Positions 16,860 to 26,672 of a DNA stretch of 64,000 nucleotides are shown here, in pieces. The DNA comes from a virus. The notes under the pieces were generated by a model. That model searched no databases. It was not told the origin of the DNA and saw nothing but the letters and a program-made list of their open reading frames with translations. A program made the position numbers and the translations under genes. Position 1 is the stretch's first letter. Each line of letters begins with the position of its first letter. The stretch covers positions 32,001 through 96,000 of IMG/VR virus record IMGVR_UViG_3300042888_001941. The stretch is one strand, 5' to 3'.

Positions 16860-18569
16860 TTAAATCGCGTATCTAATGATTACGATACCAGATCCGCCGG
16901 TGCCTCCTGCAGCTCCATTGTAACCAGCACCACTTCCTCCGCCACCAGTGTTTGGAGTTCCGCTGCTAGAACCGCCGCTTGCTCCACCGCCTAAACCACC
17001 AGTGCTGTTGAAGCTTGGATTCCAACCTCCGTACCCAGCGCCACCACCTGCATAGTAGCGAGTACCGCTAGAGTTTTGTCCAGTTCCAGTCGCTACTCCC
17101 CAAGAAGAGAAGTCAGACGAGCCTATACCACCAGCTCCAGGATAAGAACTTGGTCCGCTGCTCCCTGCTTGGCCAGCTCCACCTGCACCGCCACCGCCAC
17201 CGCCACCACCGTTATTTCCACCGACTCCACCATTGTTTCCTTGTGACGGACTTGTGCTTGGTGTATTACCAGAACCGCCTGTTCCATTTAGACCTGCACC
17301 ACCACCAGAACCACCGCTGCCTCCTGATTCCGTTGCGCTGCTACCACCTTGGCTGTTTCCGCCTCTGCCGCCTCCCGTAGAAGTAATCGTTGAAAATGTT
17401 GAGTCGGTGCCACTTGTAGTAGAAGGTCCACCTGCTCCAACTGTAACTGTATAAGAAGTATTAGATGTTAAAGATAGAGATGAACCTCCTCTAAGTCCAC
17501 CTGCACCACCACCGCCACCGCCACCAGGGGTGTTGCCTGAGTAAGATCGGCCACCTCCGCCACCGCCAGCTACGACGAGAACGTCAGCAGTTATATTTTG
17601 CATAGGTATAAACGTTGCTGTATTAAGAAACACGTGATACCAATAACTTGAGTCTTTGTAAACTCCGCCACCGTTTGCTTTAGCAAGTCCAGTGTATAGT
17701 GCAGCAGTAGATGTAAATGTGTGAATAGTGTAACCACCTGAAGATGTTACATCTCCACCAGTTGCTTTCTGCGTTCCTGAGTAGCGAGCAATTACAATGC
17801 CAGATCCGCCAGCACCGCCAAAGTAGTTTGAACTGCCTTCTTGCCAGTCTCCACCGCCGCCACCACCGCCGGTGTTAGCTGTCCCTGCTGTAGCATTTGT
17901 TAAGTTAGAACCAGCACCAGCTCCACCTCCGCCAGCACCACCCGCTCCACCAGGAGCACTATTTGCTTTTCTTCCTGCTCCGCCACCACCACCTGCATAG
18001 GTTACCGATGAGCCAGAATAAGAGTTTGCTGCGCCATTAGCTCCAGCTCCACCAGCTCTTGTTGTAGCAGCTGTACCAACGCCACCTGCGCCTCCACCAC
18101 CACCACCCATATGATAAGGGCTTCCGCCGTCAACGCCTTTGCCTCCTGCATAACCTTCTACTGGAGTGTAACCTCCCGCGTTTCCTGCGCCACCAGGTCG
18201 GTCCCCACTTTGTGAGCCGCCTCCACCACCGCCAGAACCACCTGCTGCTCCATTTTGGTCAATACCACCACCGCCACCACCACCAGTAGCACTAAAAGTT
18301 GTAATTCCTGAACCAGAAATAGAACTAGTTGAACCACTAACTCCAACAGATTGAAGAGTAGGTCCAGCTGCACCACCTCCGCCAACTGTTACAGTGTACG
18401 AAGTAGACAAGTTAAGATTAACAGCAGTATTTGTTCTAAAACCACCACCACCGCCACCACCTGCAAGACCGCTACCGCCACCTCCACCACCAGCTACAAT
18501 AAGAAAGTCAGTAGACAGCATCATTCTTTGCATAGCTCCATGCGAAGCTGCTGTTCCTAGTATTGGCAT
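16860..18569 (-). CDS. glycine-rich tip/adhesin protein with two Gly-rich domains
   Basis: MPILGTAASHG start; two 'LVVAGGGGGG...GGSGIVI.RY' units joined by 'ATGG..HTF'. Confidence 0.8.
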   Translation of the reverse strand: MPILGTAASHGAMQRMMLSTDFLIVAGGGGGGSGLAGGGGGGGFRTNTAVNLNLSTSYTVTVGGGGAAGPTLQSVGVSGSTSSISGSGITTFSATGGGGGGGIDQNGAAGGSGGGGGGSQSGDRPGGAGNAGGYTPVEGYAGGKGVDGGSPYHMGGGGGGAGGVGTAATTRAGGAGANGAANSYSGSSVTYAGGGGGAGRKANSAPGGAGGAGGGGAGAGSNLTNATAGTANTGGGGGGGDWQEGSSNYFGGAGGSGIVIARYSGTQKATGGDVTSSGGYTIHTFTSTAALYTGLAKANGGGVYKDSSYWYHVFLNTATFIPMQNITADVLVVAGGGGGGRSYSGNTPGGGGGGGAGGLRGGSSLSLTSNTSYTVTVGAGGPSTTSGTDSTFSTITSTGGGRGGNSQGGSSATESGGSGGSGGGAGLNGTGGSGNTPSTSPSQGNNGGVGGNNGGGGGGGGAGGAGQAGSSGPSSYPGAGGIGSSDFSSWGVATGTGQNSSGTRYYAGGGAGYGGWNPSFNSTGGLGGGASGGSSSGTPNTGGGGSGAGYNGAAGGTGGSGIVIIRYAI

Positions 18570-18588
18570 CTGTGTCTCCTATTAACTA

Positions 18589-20316
18589 TTAAATTGCATA
18601 CCGAATAATTACAATACCTGATCCACCAGTGCCACCATTTGTTACGCTGCCTGTAGAGCCACCTCCGCCACCACCGCCTGTGTTTGCAGTTCCTGCAGTG
18701 CCTGGGTTGCTTGGTCCACCGCCACCACCTTCACCTCCGCCACCAATTCCACCTACTGCGCCAGGGCGACCGAACTGATCTCCAGCTCCTCCACCACCAG
18801 CAGCAAAGTAGTAGTTACCGCTAGATAAAACACCTTTACCTGTTGCAGCTCCACCAGAGAGTGCAGTGTACGAACCAATACCACCTTGTCCTCCAGTTCC
18901 AGGATAACCAGATGCTCGCACTACGCCAGCTGCTCCAGCACCGCCACCTCCACCACCACAAGTGCCTTCATTAGAAATTGCACCGTTGTTACCTTCAGAA
19001 GGTGAGTATCCACCTGAGTTACCAGTACCAGCTGTTCCAGTGCTGCGAATACCGCCACCAGATCCACCATTACCACCAGGTGAAGCATCTTTACCGTATC
19101 CACCACCAGACGCAGAAAATGAATTAAATGTAGACGCAGTTCCATTGTTCTGGTATGTGCCACCGCTACCAACAGTTACTGTGTAACTAGTCGCGCTCAA
19201 TGACTGCGATGTTGCAGTTCTAAATCCACCCGCTCCTCCGCCTCCACCACCGTTTACACCGCCGCCACCACCACCAGCGATTACTAAGTAATCAGCAGTA
19301 AGTGGCACTGAAGGAACAAAGTTTGCAGTATCAGTAAACACATGATACATATGGCCAGACGCATAAGTAATAGTTCCACCAGTTGCTTTAGCTACAGGCT
19401 CTCCAGCATAAAAAACATCAGATGAAGTAAATGTATGATAAGTGTAGCCACCAGATGAAACTACTGCTCCACCGTACGCTTTCTGTGAACCAGAGTAACG
19501 CGCAATAACAATTCCTGAACCACCTTGGCCACCAGTTCTATCATTAGTGTTCGAGCCAGAGCCACCGCCTCCACCTCCACCAGTATTTACAGTTGCAGCA
19601 GACCCATTAGAGTTAGATCCACCATTACCTCCACCGCCAGCTCCTCCAGAACCAGCTCCTCCAGTTGTCCAACCTCCTCCGCCTCCACCGCCAGCATAAT
19701 ACCCACCTGCGCCAGTTCCAGTTGCACTTGCCCAAGTTGAAGCAGAGTTAGAACCTACACCACCATTTCCACCAAAACCATTTGTTGCGTTACTTCCAGC
19801 GCCACCTGCACCACCACCGCCACCGGCAGTGTTACTTGAATCTCCAGCAGAGTTATCCTGGTATCCACCACCGATACCGCCAGCATAACCTTCTACAGGT
19901 GAGTAAGAACCAGAGTTACCAGTGCCTGCTCCAGTAGTGTACTGTGCTCCGCCACCTGAGCCACCTGAACCACCATTGTTTGCTAAGTCTCCACCACGTC
20001 CACCACCACTTGCAGAATTAGAAATTGAACCACCGATAAAAGATGACGCAGTGCCAGGTGTAGTTCCACCGTTAGGTATTTGTCCAAAGTAACCATAGCC
20101 ACCAGTCCCACCGCCACCAACTGATACTGTGTAACTTCCAGTAGATAAGCTTTGACTTGAAAGTAGACGATATCCGCCCGCTCCGCCACCGCCGCCTTTT
20201 GATCGCGAGTTGTATCCACCGCCACCGCCGCCACCACCTGCAACTACTAGCAGATCAATAGATAAGCCCATTCGGCTCAATGCGCCATGTGATGCTGAGC
20301 TTCCAAGAATTGGCAT
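18589..20316 (-). CDS. glycine-rich tip/adhesin protein with two Gly-rich domains
   Basis: MPILGSSASHG start; same architecture as 16860-18569. Confidence 0.8.
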   Translation of the reverse strand: MPILGSSASHGALSRMGLSIDLLVVAGGGGGGGGYNSRSKGGGGGAGGYRLLSSQSLSTGSYTVSVGGGGTGGYGYFGQIPNGGTTPGTASSFIGGSISNSASGGGRGGDLANNGGSGGSGGGAQYTTGAGTGNSGSYSPVEGYAGGIGGGYQDNSAGDSSNTAGGGGGAGGAGSNATNGFGGNGGVGSNSASTWASATGTGAGGYYAGGGGGGGWTTGGAGSGGAGGGGNGGSNSNGSAATVNTGGGGGGGSGSNTNDRTGGQGGSGIVIARYSGSQKAYGGAVVSSGGYTYHTFTSSDVFYAGEPVAKATGGTITYASGHMYHVFTDTANFVPSVPLTADYLVIAGGGGGGVNGGGGGGAGGFRTATSQSLSATSYTVTVGSGGTYQNNGTASTFNSFSASGGGYGKDASPGGNGGSGGGIRSTGTAGTGNSGGYSPSEGNNGAISNEGTCGGGGGGAGAAGVVRASGYPGTGGQGGIGSYTALSGGAATGKGVLSSGNYYFAAGGGGAGDQFGRPGAVGGIGGGGEGGGGGPSNPGTAGTANTGGGGGGGSTGSVTNGGTGGSGIVIIRYAI

Positions 20317-20380
20317 TAGGGTATATCCTCACTAAACTATTGTGGCAATTCTATACTAGAAGGGATAAATTGTCTTAGGG

Positions 20381-20412
20381 AAAAGAAAAGAGGGCAGGTT
20401 TCCCTGCCCCCT
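20381..20412 (-). terminator. intrinsic terminator of the S-layer-like gene
   Basis: GGGCAGG-gaaa-CCTGCCC then TCTTTTCTTTT on the - strand. Confidence 0.8.
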
Positions 20413-20425
20413 TCCTTAGTGCTAG

Positions 20426-22138
20426 TTAAGCACGGACCTTCTTCTGGATCTTTAGAACCAATCCAGTTAGCGCGGTGATCTGCTTCTTAAGAGAAGCAAT
20501 CATTGCGGTGACATCTGCTGACAACTTAGCAACTGCGTCAGACGCGGCTGTCGCAGCAGCTGTTGCATCATCCGCAGCTTTAGCAGCGGCAAGCGCTGCC
20601 TCGGTTGCTGCATTAGCAGCAATTGCAGCTTCTTCAGAAGCTTTGGTAGCAGCCTTAGCCGCGGTGTTAGAAACAACCGCAGATGCTGTAACGGCAACCT
20701 GTCCAGCTGCTGGAAGTGATGTTCCACCAGTTGCGGTGATTGTTACAGTGTTCTCAGTCAAAGGCATGAATACCTTGTATGACTTTACAGTCTCTGTATC
20801 AGTTGTAACTGATGTGGCTGTAAGAACGTCTGAGCCTGCACCAAATGCATAGGTAGATCCAATTCCACCAGCTGCAAATAGGCTTGCGTGTGTCTTGCCA
20901 GATACTGGAAGACCAGCAGCGTCAAGAACCTGAACCTTGATTGTTGCCGCTTCTCCTGGAAGATACTCAGCCTTGTCGAATGTAAGCTTGACAGTTGCTG
21001 CTGCACCTTCTACGCGAGTAGCTACTGGTGCTGAAACGATTGTTCCTGCTGCGTTCTTAACAACGATTGCAGCTCCACCAGTCTTTACGCCTGTAAGTGT
21101 AAATGTTGCAACGCCATCAACGATTGTTGCTGCTGTGCCTGAATCAGACACTGCTGTAACATCTGATGAATATGCATAAAGTGTTCCAGCTCCAACGGTT
21201 ACGCCAGAAGCGTCCTTAGCAACAGCCTTTACAGTTGTTGCATTAGCGCCAACTGCAATAACAGGCTTAACTGCGGTTGCTGTGATTGAAGCAGCATCTC
21301 CGTAGAATGTTACCTGCTCAGTTGCAATAACTGCACCTGTAAGTGTTGTAAGGGTGATTGTTCCAACTCCAGCAGTTCCATCAGCAAATACGCCAATGTG
21401 GTTGCCTGTAGGAATAACCAACGCGCGGCCAAGGGCAGAGATTGTTGTAGCGTTTGCGCCATAGCCAATCAAGCCTGTTCCTGTAACTGTTGCAAGCATC
21501 GCCTCTGTTGCTGCGCCGCCAGCTGCGTTCTTAGGTGTAACAACGATAACCGCTGCTGCATCTGTTGAGGTAGCCTTTGGAGCGTAGACAGCGTCATCAG
21601 CTGTTGCTGTTGTAACTTCACCACGGTTAAGAATTGAAGTTGTTGTTGAGGCTGCAGGCGTTACGTCCGCTGCCTTCACTGTCACTGTCCAAGCAACTGA
21701 TGGACCAGTTGATGGGCGAGTTGTAATGATTCTTGCCTCGTATGTACCAGCAACTGAAGGCGCTACCAATGATACTGTAAACTTTGCAGTTACGTATCCA
21801 GGGGTGTTAACTGTTGAGTTAACGTCCGCTGAAGCATTGCCAGCGGCAATAGCTACTGTAGCGGTGGTTGTTTCAAGGACTGCAAGTGTTGCAGTCTTGC
21901 CTGCGCCTGTTGGCTGGGTAAACATTGCAGAAAGAACAGTTGCTGTATCAGCCGCTGTCTCTGAGATAAATGACAAGGTAACTACTGCTGTGGCGGTTTC
22001 ACCGGCTGTAATTGAGTCGGTTGCCGAATCAATTGTTAGCGCGGGTCCAATCACAACAGCACTTGTCGGAAGTGCTGACATTACGCCGAAGGACATTGCT
22101 GCAGCAAGCCCCAGGGCAATTTTCTTAAATGAATTCAT
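20426..22138 (-). CDS. S-layer-like secreted protein with Ig-like domains
   Basis: Signal peptide 'MNSFKKIALGLAAAM..'; Ala/Thr/Val-rich beta repeats; C-terminal coiled coil 'LKKQITALTGLVLKIQKKV'; own promoter, strong SD and terminator. Confidence 0.7.
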   Translation of the reverse strand: MNSFKKIALGLAAAMSFGVMSALPTSAVVIGPALTIDSATDSITAGETATAVVTLSFISETAADTATVLSAMFTQPTGAGKTATLAVLETTTATVAIAAGNASADVNSTVNTPGYVTAKFTVSLVAPSVAGTYEARIITTRPSTGPSVAWTVTVKAADVTPAASTTTSILNRGEVTTATADDAVYAPKATSTDAAAVIVVTPKNAAGGAATEAMLATVTGTGLIGYGANATTISALGRALVIPTGNHIGVFADGTAGVGTITLTTLTGAVIATEQVTFYGDAASITATAVKPVIAVGANATTVKAVAKDASGVTVGAGTLYAYSSDVTAVSDSGTAATIVDGVATFTLTGVKTGGAAIVVKNAAGTIVSAPVATRVEGAAATVKLTFDKAEYLPGEAATIKVQVLDAAGLPVSGKTHASLFAAGGIGSTYAFGAGSDVLTATSVTTDTETVKSYKVFMPLTENTVTITATGGTSLPAAGQVAVTASAVVSNTAAKAATKASEEAAIAANAATEAALAAAKAADDATAAATAASDAVAKLSADVTAMIASLKKQITALTGLVLKIQKKVRA

Positions 22139-22276
22139 TATTCTCCTTATTTAATCTGCCCAAGGATAGGGACAGACGTAATTGCAGTGCCTTTAGGCAC
22201 ATACCTAACTACCGTTCAGTATCTAGGTGTTTTTGTTCGCAATCCCTCGCTAATGAAGAGACTACGTATATTCTAT
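22139..22276 (-). promoter_or_regulatory. promoter (TAGAAT) and ~125-nt structured 5' leader
   Basis: Hairpins GTGCC-taaa-GGCAC, CCTAG..TTAGG and TCTGTCC..GGGCAGA before AAGGAG. Confidence 0.55.
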
Positions 22277-22328
22277 CGCAGATGGCACATTGCCACTGAG
22301 CTAGACGTTGTTTGTCAGTGAGCAAATA

Positions 22329-22625
22329 CTATTGAGCTTTCTTGTCAACAGAGTTAAACGCAGAGTTAATTTCCTCTACTGTAAGTTTTCCGTCATCCAT
22401 GAAGCCACGAGCGAGACGCTCTATAACAGTTGCAACACCAAGTGTTCCAGCAAGAATTACTGCCTTGTATGTGCTAATTCCAACAACGGCGCCAGCACCA
22501 ATAACACTAAGGCCTGATGCAGCGAATACTGCGATGATACGAAGTAGGATGTTTTTAATCGCGGTGACAGGGCCAGCGCTTGTTGATACGTCTACGTCGA
22601 GCGCAGATTCTTTCTTTCGAGCCAT
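22329..22625 (-). CDS. small membrane protein (holin-like)
   Basis: Two hydrophobic segments, 'DDGKLTVEEINSAF' tail. Confidence 0.65.
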   Translation of the reverse strand: MARKKESALDVDVSTSAGPVTAIKNILLRIIAVFAASGLSVIGAGAVVGISTYKAVILAGTLGVATVIERLARGFMDDGKLTVEEINSAFNSVDKKAQ

Positions 22626-22702
22626 TGATCTCTCCTAGGGAGTTAGAGGTACACTTCTCTCATGTGCCTCTCCCCAGAAGCAAACCAATCTTATCGCTTT
22701 TA

Positions 22703-23035
22703 TTACGAGGCGATTTCTAGTCCTCGCTTGCGGCGAATAACTCGTCTTTCACGTTCGCTTGTCCCACCCCAGATTCCAAACTCATGATGCTCTATCGCCC
22801 AGTCTAAGCACTCGTCTATAAGGTCGCAGCGACGACATACTGCGCGAACCATCTTAAACTCTTTACCTTGCCCGCCACCTTTTTCTGGGAAAAACAAATC
22901 TGGATCTACGCTAGCGCAGTTAGGAGTTCCTTTATCGTAAAAGGTTGGATATGCTTTTGAGATCTGAATGTCGATAACCATGGGCGGACCATATACAAAA
23001 CCGTTAGACTTGTAAACTGTAAGTCTTACGTGCAC
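22703..23035 (-). CDS. whiB: WhiB-family Fe-S transcription factor
   Basis: C..DPDLFFP..C..C.....C..GIWGGTSERERR; start position uncertain. Confidence 0.92.
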   Translation of the reverse strand: MHVRLTVYKSNGFVYGPPMVIDIQISKAYPTFYDKGTPNCASVDPDLFFPEKGGGQGKEFKMVRAVCRRCDLIDECLDWAIEHHEFGIWGGTSERERRVIRRKRGLEIAS

Positions 23036-23036
23036 A

Positions 23037-23336
23037 TTAACGGGTGCCAGTAAATCCTTGCTTACGCAATAGGACTAATCTTTCGTCTGCGCCCATTCCT
23101 CCCCAAACTCCGTAGAATTCAGGTACACGTAAAGAATGCTCAAGGCACTGCTGCATTACAGGGCAAGCTTTACATATCTCTATTGCAGCTTTTTCTTTTT
23201 TCTTCTTTTGAACACTTCTTAAGTTGTGCTCTAGGAAGAATATCTCTGGATCTGCTTCTCTGCATGAGCCAAGACTCTGCCATTCCCATTCTTCATAAAT
23301 AGGACGCAGGTTATCTAACTGCGGATTGTGCTTCAT
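23037..23336 (-). CDS. whiB: WhiB-family Fe-S transcription factor (WhiB3-like)
   Basis: WEWQ..GSCR.ADPEIFF..AIEICKACPVMQQC..GVWGG. Confidence 0.92.
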   Translation of the reverse strand: MKHNPQLDNLRPIYEEWEWQSLGSCREADPEIFFLEHNLRSVQKKKKEKAAIEICKACPVMQQCLEHSLRVPEFYGVWGGMGADERLVLLRKQGFTGTR

Positions 23337-23518
23337 TACCCTCCGGTAGAGAAGAATCCTCTTCCCTTAAATATAGTTGCAGGGGCACTATACACTCGCT
23401 TAAGGCTAGAAGTACACAACTCTTCACCACAATTTAATACATCTGGCTCAGGCTCTGTCATTCCTCGTTCTAGAGTTGTTGAATGTCCTTTTTCACATAT
23501 GTAATCGTAGAATGCCAT
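23336..23518 (-). CDS. FmdB-family zinc-ribbon protein
   Basis: 'YDYIC..GH..C..C..LKRVYS..FKGRGFFST'. Confidence 0.8.
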   Translation of the reverse strand: MAFYDYICEKGHSTTLERGMTEPEPDVLNCGEELCTSSLKRVYSAPATIFKGRGFFSTGG

Positions 23519-23586
23519 ATTACTTTCCCTTTGGCTTTGATTTCTTACATCCGCATGTTGCGCACATATTATTTGCTCCTTATCCT

Positions 23587-25647
23587 TTAGTTTTTTAGAT
23601 TTTCTGTAATTAACTTAATTTCACATGCGTCTGTTGTGCAGTACGCATCTCCGATAGCATCTGCCGCCATTCCTGCGTAGACTCCTGAGAAGTCAATAGG
23701 GAATAACTTCATGATTGCATCTTCATACTCTTCCTCAGTAATCTGAGTATAAGGCATTTGAGGATATGTAAAGTTCCCTGAAGGCAAGAAGGACACAGTC
23801 TTTAGTTGACCGTCGTACATATGGAGAACTGTTCCTACGTGCTCAGCTTCCTTCTCAGGGTCAAAGGACACGGTCACAGAGACTGAGTTATCAGACCAGT
23901 AGCGCTGTGCGGTTGCGGCAAGAGACATCTTCTCAAAGATAGTGACGTCTTTCTCTGCGCGCTCTGCAAGTGACTTAATTGGAAAGAACACAACGCTTGT
24001 TGTATCTGGAGACTCAGATGCTGGCTCAATACGGTAGTTAGCCATCTTGAAAAGAGGAAGCATTGGATCTGAATTAGCAAAGCGAATAGCGCGGTTAAAG
24101 AACTTACCACCTACTGTCCAGTGAACTCCTGGTGACTCGCCAGCAAGAATTGACACTGTGCCTGATGGCTTAACAGTTGTCATCTTAATAGACTCACGAA
24201 TACCAAGCCACTCTGAATACGTATTGTCATACGCCTTAATGTGCTTGTAGCCTTCGTCCATCCAATCACGAAGAGCTGGAAGCCCTACGCGGTCTGCGAA
24301 GTTTGCAACGCCTGACATCGAGGTTCCAATGCGGCGGTTACGCTGCATAATCGCGTTTGTTTCCTCCCAGTGTGTAGGGAGAAGGGTTACGGTCTTAGCG
24401 TAAAGGTAAGCAAACTTTAAGGTGCGCTTATAGTCTTCAAGGTTGTCATGACGATTTAGATATGTCTCAACAAGTGTGCAGCACTCATATGATTCAAGCG
24501 ATTGCTCTGCGCAAGGGTTGTATCCTGCAATACGCCAGTCCTTGTTGTTGATTGGGTCAGCTAGGCGTCCGTACTTCTTTGATACGTCCATCCAAATAAC
24601 TCCAGGCTCACCATTAAGCGCAATGCCTGGAACAATCTTGTCAAGGTCTTGTCCTACAGTTGTTTCAACTGAGTTATTCGACATCCAGCCCCAGCCTGGA
24701 GCTTTAGGGTCATAGCTGTTTCGCTCTGGAAACTTTTCTGCGTTCTTAAGGTTTAAGAATGTGTCATCGTCTAGTCTACCGATAAGAAGCTCTGCACTGC
24801 GGCGTACATTGCCACTAACGACACAGACGCCAATGAGATTACCAATATCAGCGATATCAGTTCGCGTAATTTTTTCACCAGCACGTCCTTTGAATAGTTT
24901 GTGAATGTAGTTGTGTAAACGCTCTAATGGTTCATGTCCTGCGGCGGTTCCACCAAATGTTTTGATTGGGACGCCTGCTGGGCGGACTTCGCTGTAATCA
25001 AAGACTGGAGTCGTCTGATCTGCTCGTAGGTAAGCATTGATGATGAGTGTGAGTGATTCGACCCATCCTTCTCGTGTGTCTGGGACAACGTATGTCTCCT
25101 CTCCTTGTGGTGCGTATATTGTAAAGTCTTTATCAGCACCCTTATCGTCAAATCCAACACCAACGCCAAGCATTGACGCTTCCATAAGAAACGCAAAAGG
25201 ACGCGCAGGATTCTGCTTAGTCATTTCCATAGTTGACACAAACGCGCAGTTTTGAAGTGCTGCAGAGTTGCGTTGCTGATTTACAAGCGGAGTTCCCATA
25301 ACCCAAAGCCCACGGCCTGGCGGTGTCCACTTTAGCTGGAACAGACGGTCAAATGCTTCCTTAGCAGAAGCCTGAGCCTTAGCATCATTCCAAGGAAGAC
25401 GCTGTGACTTGCAGTGATCTTTCTGAATTGAGTACATGCCATTGATGACACGCTCACAGACGTCAGCCCAAGTTTCTTTGGTGCCGTCTTCTTTTAATCG
25501 AGAGTATGTACGTAAGAAAGTAATTTCTCCGACCGAGTTGCCTGCCGCATCTGTATAACCAAATGGAGCTTTCTTTGATTTATATCCTGCAACAAAGTCA
25601 TCGCTTAGGCGAAAAGAGAAAAGACTACTCACGTATGTACCCCACAT
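23587..25647 (-). CDS. nrdJ: class II (adenosylcobalamin-dependent) monomeric ribonucleotide reductase
   Basis: 'TFLRTYSR', 'PPGRGLW', 'LQNC', 'GNVRRSA', 'NPCAEQ', 'VKPSGTVS', C-terminal CTTDAC; no intein-sized insertion; true start may be a few codons downstream. Confidence 0.93.
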   Translation of the reverse strand: MWGTYVSSLFSFRLSDDFVAGYKSKKAPFGYTDAAGNSVGEITFLRTYSRLKEDGTKETWADVCERVINGMYSIQKDHCKSQRLPWNDAKAQASAKEAFDRLFQLKWTPPGRGLWVMGTPLVNQQRNSAALQNCAFVSTMEMTKQNPARPFAFLMEASMLGVGVGFDDKGADKDFTIYAPQGEETYVVPDTREGWVESLTLIINAYLRADQTTPVFDYSEVRPAGVPIKTFGGTAAGHEPLERLHNYIHKLFKGRAGEKITRTDIADIGNLIGVCVVSGNVRRSAELLIGRLDDDTFLNLKNAEKFPERNSYDPKAPGWGWMSNNSVETTVGQDLDKIVPGIALNGEPGVIWMDVSKKYGRLADPINNKDWRIAGYNPCAEQSLESYECCTLVETYLNRHDNLEDYKRTLKFAYLYAKTVTLLPTHWEETNAIMQRNRRIGTSMSGVANFADRVGLPALRDWMDEGYKHIKAYDNTYSEWLGIRESIKMTTVKPSGTVSILAGESPGVHWTVGGKFFNRAIRFANSDPMLPLFKMANYRIEPASESPDTTSVVFFPIKSLAERAEKDVTIFEKMSLAATAQRYWSDNSVSVTVSFDPEKEAEHVGTVLHMYDGQLKTVSFLPSGNFTYPQMPYTQITEEEYEDAIMKLFPIDFSGVYAGMAADAIGDAYCTTDACEIKLITENLKN

Positions 25648-25712
25648 TTAGTTTAGTTTAGAAAGAATTTAGTAAATACATTATACTCAGTTTTAGAGAA
25701 AACTAGTATAGG

Positions 25713-25946
25713 CTACTCCGAAAGGAATAGTGACTCAAATAACTCTTTGCATGTTGGGCACACTGGGTACTTACTTGGGTCACGAGAAGGCACCCATATT
25801 TTGCCGCATAGAGCAACTACTGGGGTTCCCATTACGTATGACTCAGTTGCCTGGTCCTTTTCTACGTAGTGGGAAAACCTGTCTTTATCTTCATTAGAAA
25901 GCTTAGTATCTGCTTTAGTTTCAAGTACGGTGTCCGTGAAGCCCAT
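25713..25946 (-). CDS. DUF3039-like actinobacterial protein
   Basis: 'RFSHYV..GTPVVALCGKIWVPSRDP..YPVCPTC'. Confidence 0.85.
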   Translation of the reverse strand: MGFTDTVLETKADTKLSNEDKDRFSHYVEKDQATESYVMGTPVVALCGKIWVPSRDPSKYPVCPTCKELFESLFLSE

Positions 25947-25991
25947 AATGCCTATATTAACTAATAAATCACCATGTGATACAGTTTTACC

Positions 25992-26672
25992 ATGAACAAA
26001 TCGGTTATTCTTCTACCATCCCGCGGTAGATCTCATCGCATTGATGAGTGCCTAGACTCACTTCTTGAGCACTCTACTGCGTCAGATATTGTCGTCTGCT
26101 TAGACGAAGACGACCATGAGAGTTATACAAAGCGCGACGGTGTTATTTACGACATCGGGCCTAAGCCAACACGCATTGGTCTTAATGAAAAGCTAAACAG
26201 AATGTTGCCTAAGATCATTGATAAATATGACTTTGTCCTTTGGGCAGCAGATGACACAGTTGCTGTGACGCACGGCTGGGATGCTCTTTTAGTTGAGGCA
26301 ATAAAAGACGTTCCACTTGGAATCGCGTATCCAAATGATCTTCTTCAAGGAGACAGACTCCCAAGTAACGGAACGTGTTTCGATATTAGGATTCCTAAGG
26401 TCTTGGGGTACCTAGCTCCACCGACGCTTTTTCACCTCTATATGGATAACTTTTGGAAGCTATTAGGTGAAGAGTTAGGTACTCTAAGATACTGCGAAGA
26501 TGTTATTCTTGAGCATAATCACTACACCAATAAAAAAGCTCCTGTAGATAAAACGTACGCATCAATCAACAGTAGAGAAATGTATGTTGCTGACCACCAA
26601 TCGTATGAAATCTATAAGAATCATGGACTTGCGGCTGATGTAAAGAAATTGAACGAATCACTTAATGACTAG
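25992..26672 (+). CDS. glycosyltransferase, GT2-like
   Basis: 'ILLPSRGR', 'WAADD', 'HLYMDN', 'LEHNH'. Confidence 0.8.
   Translation: MNKSVILLPSRGRSHRIDECLDSLLEHSTASDIVVCLDEDDHESYTKRDGVIYDIGPKPTRIGLNEKLNRMLPKIIDKYDFVLWAADDTVAVTHGWDALLVEAIKDVPLGIAYPNDLLQGDRLPSNGTCFDIRIPKVLGYLAPPTLFHLYMDNFWKLLGEELGTLRYCEDVILEHNHYTNKKAPVDKTYASINSREMYVADHQSYEIYKNHGLAADVKKLNESLND

Noticed and set aside
23587-25647. Intein or intron in RNR (also checked the primase-helicase)
   Set aside because: Lengths are normal and conserved motifs are contiguous
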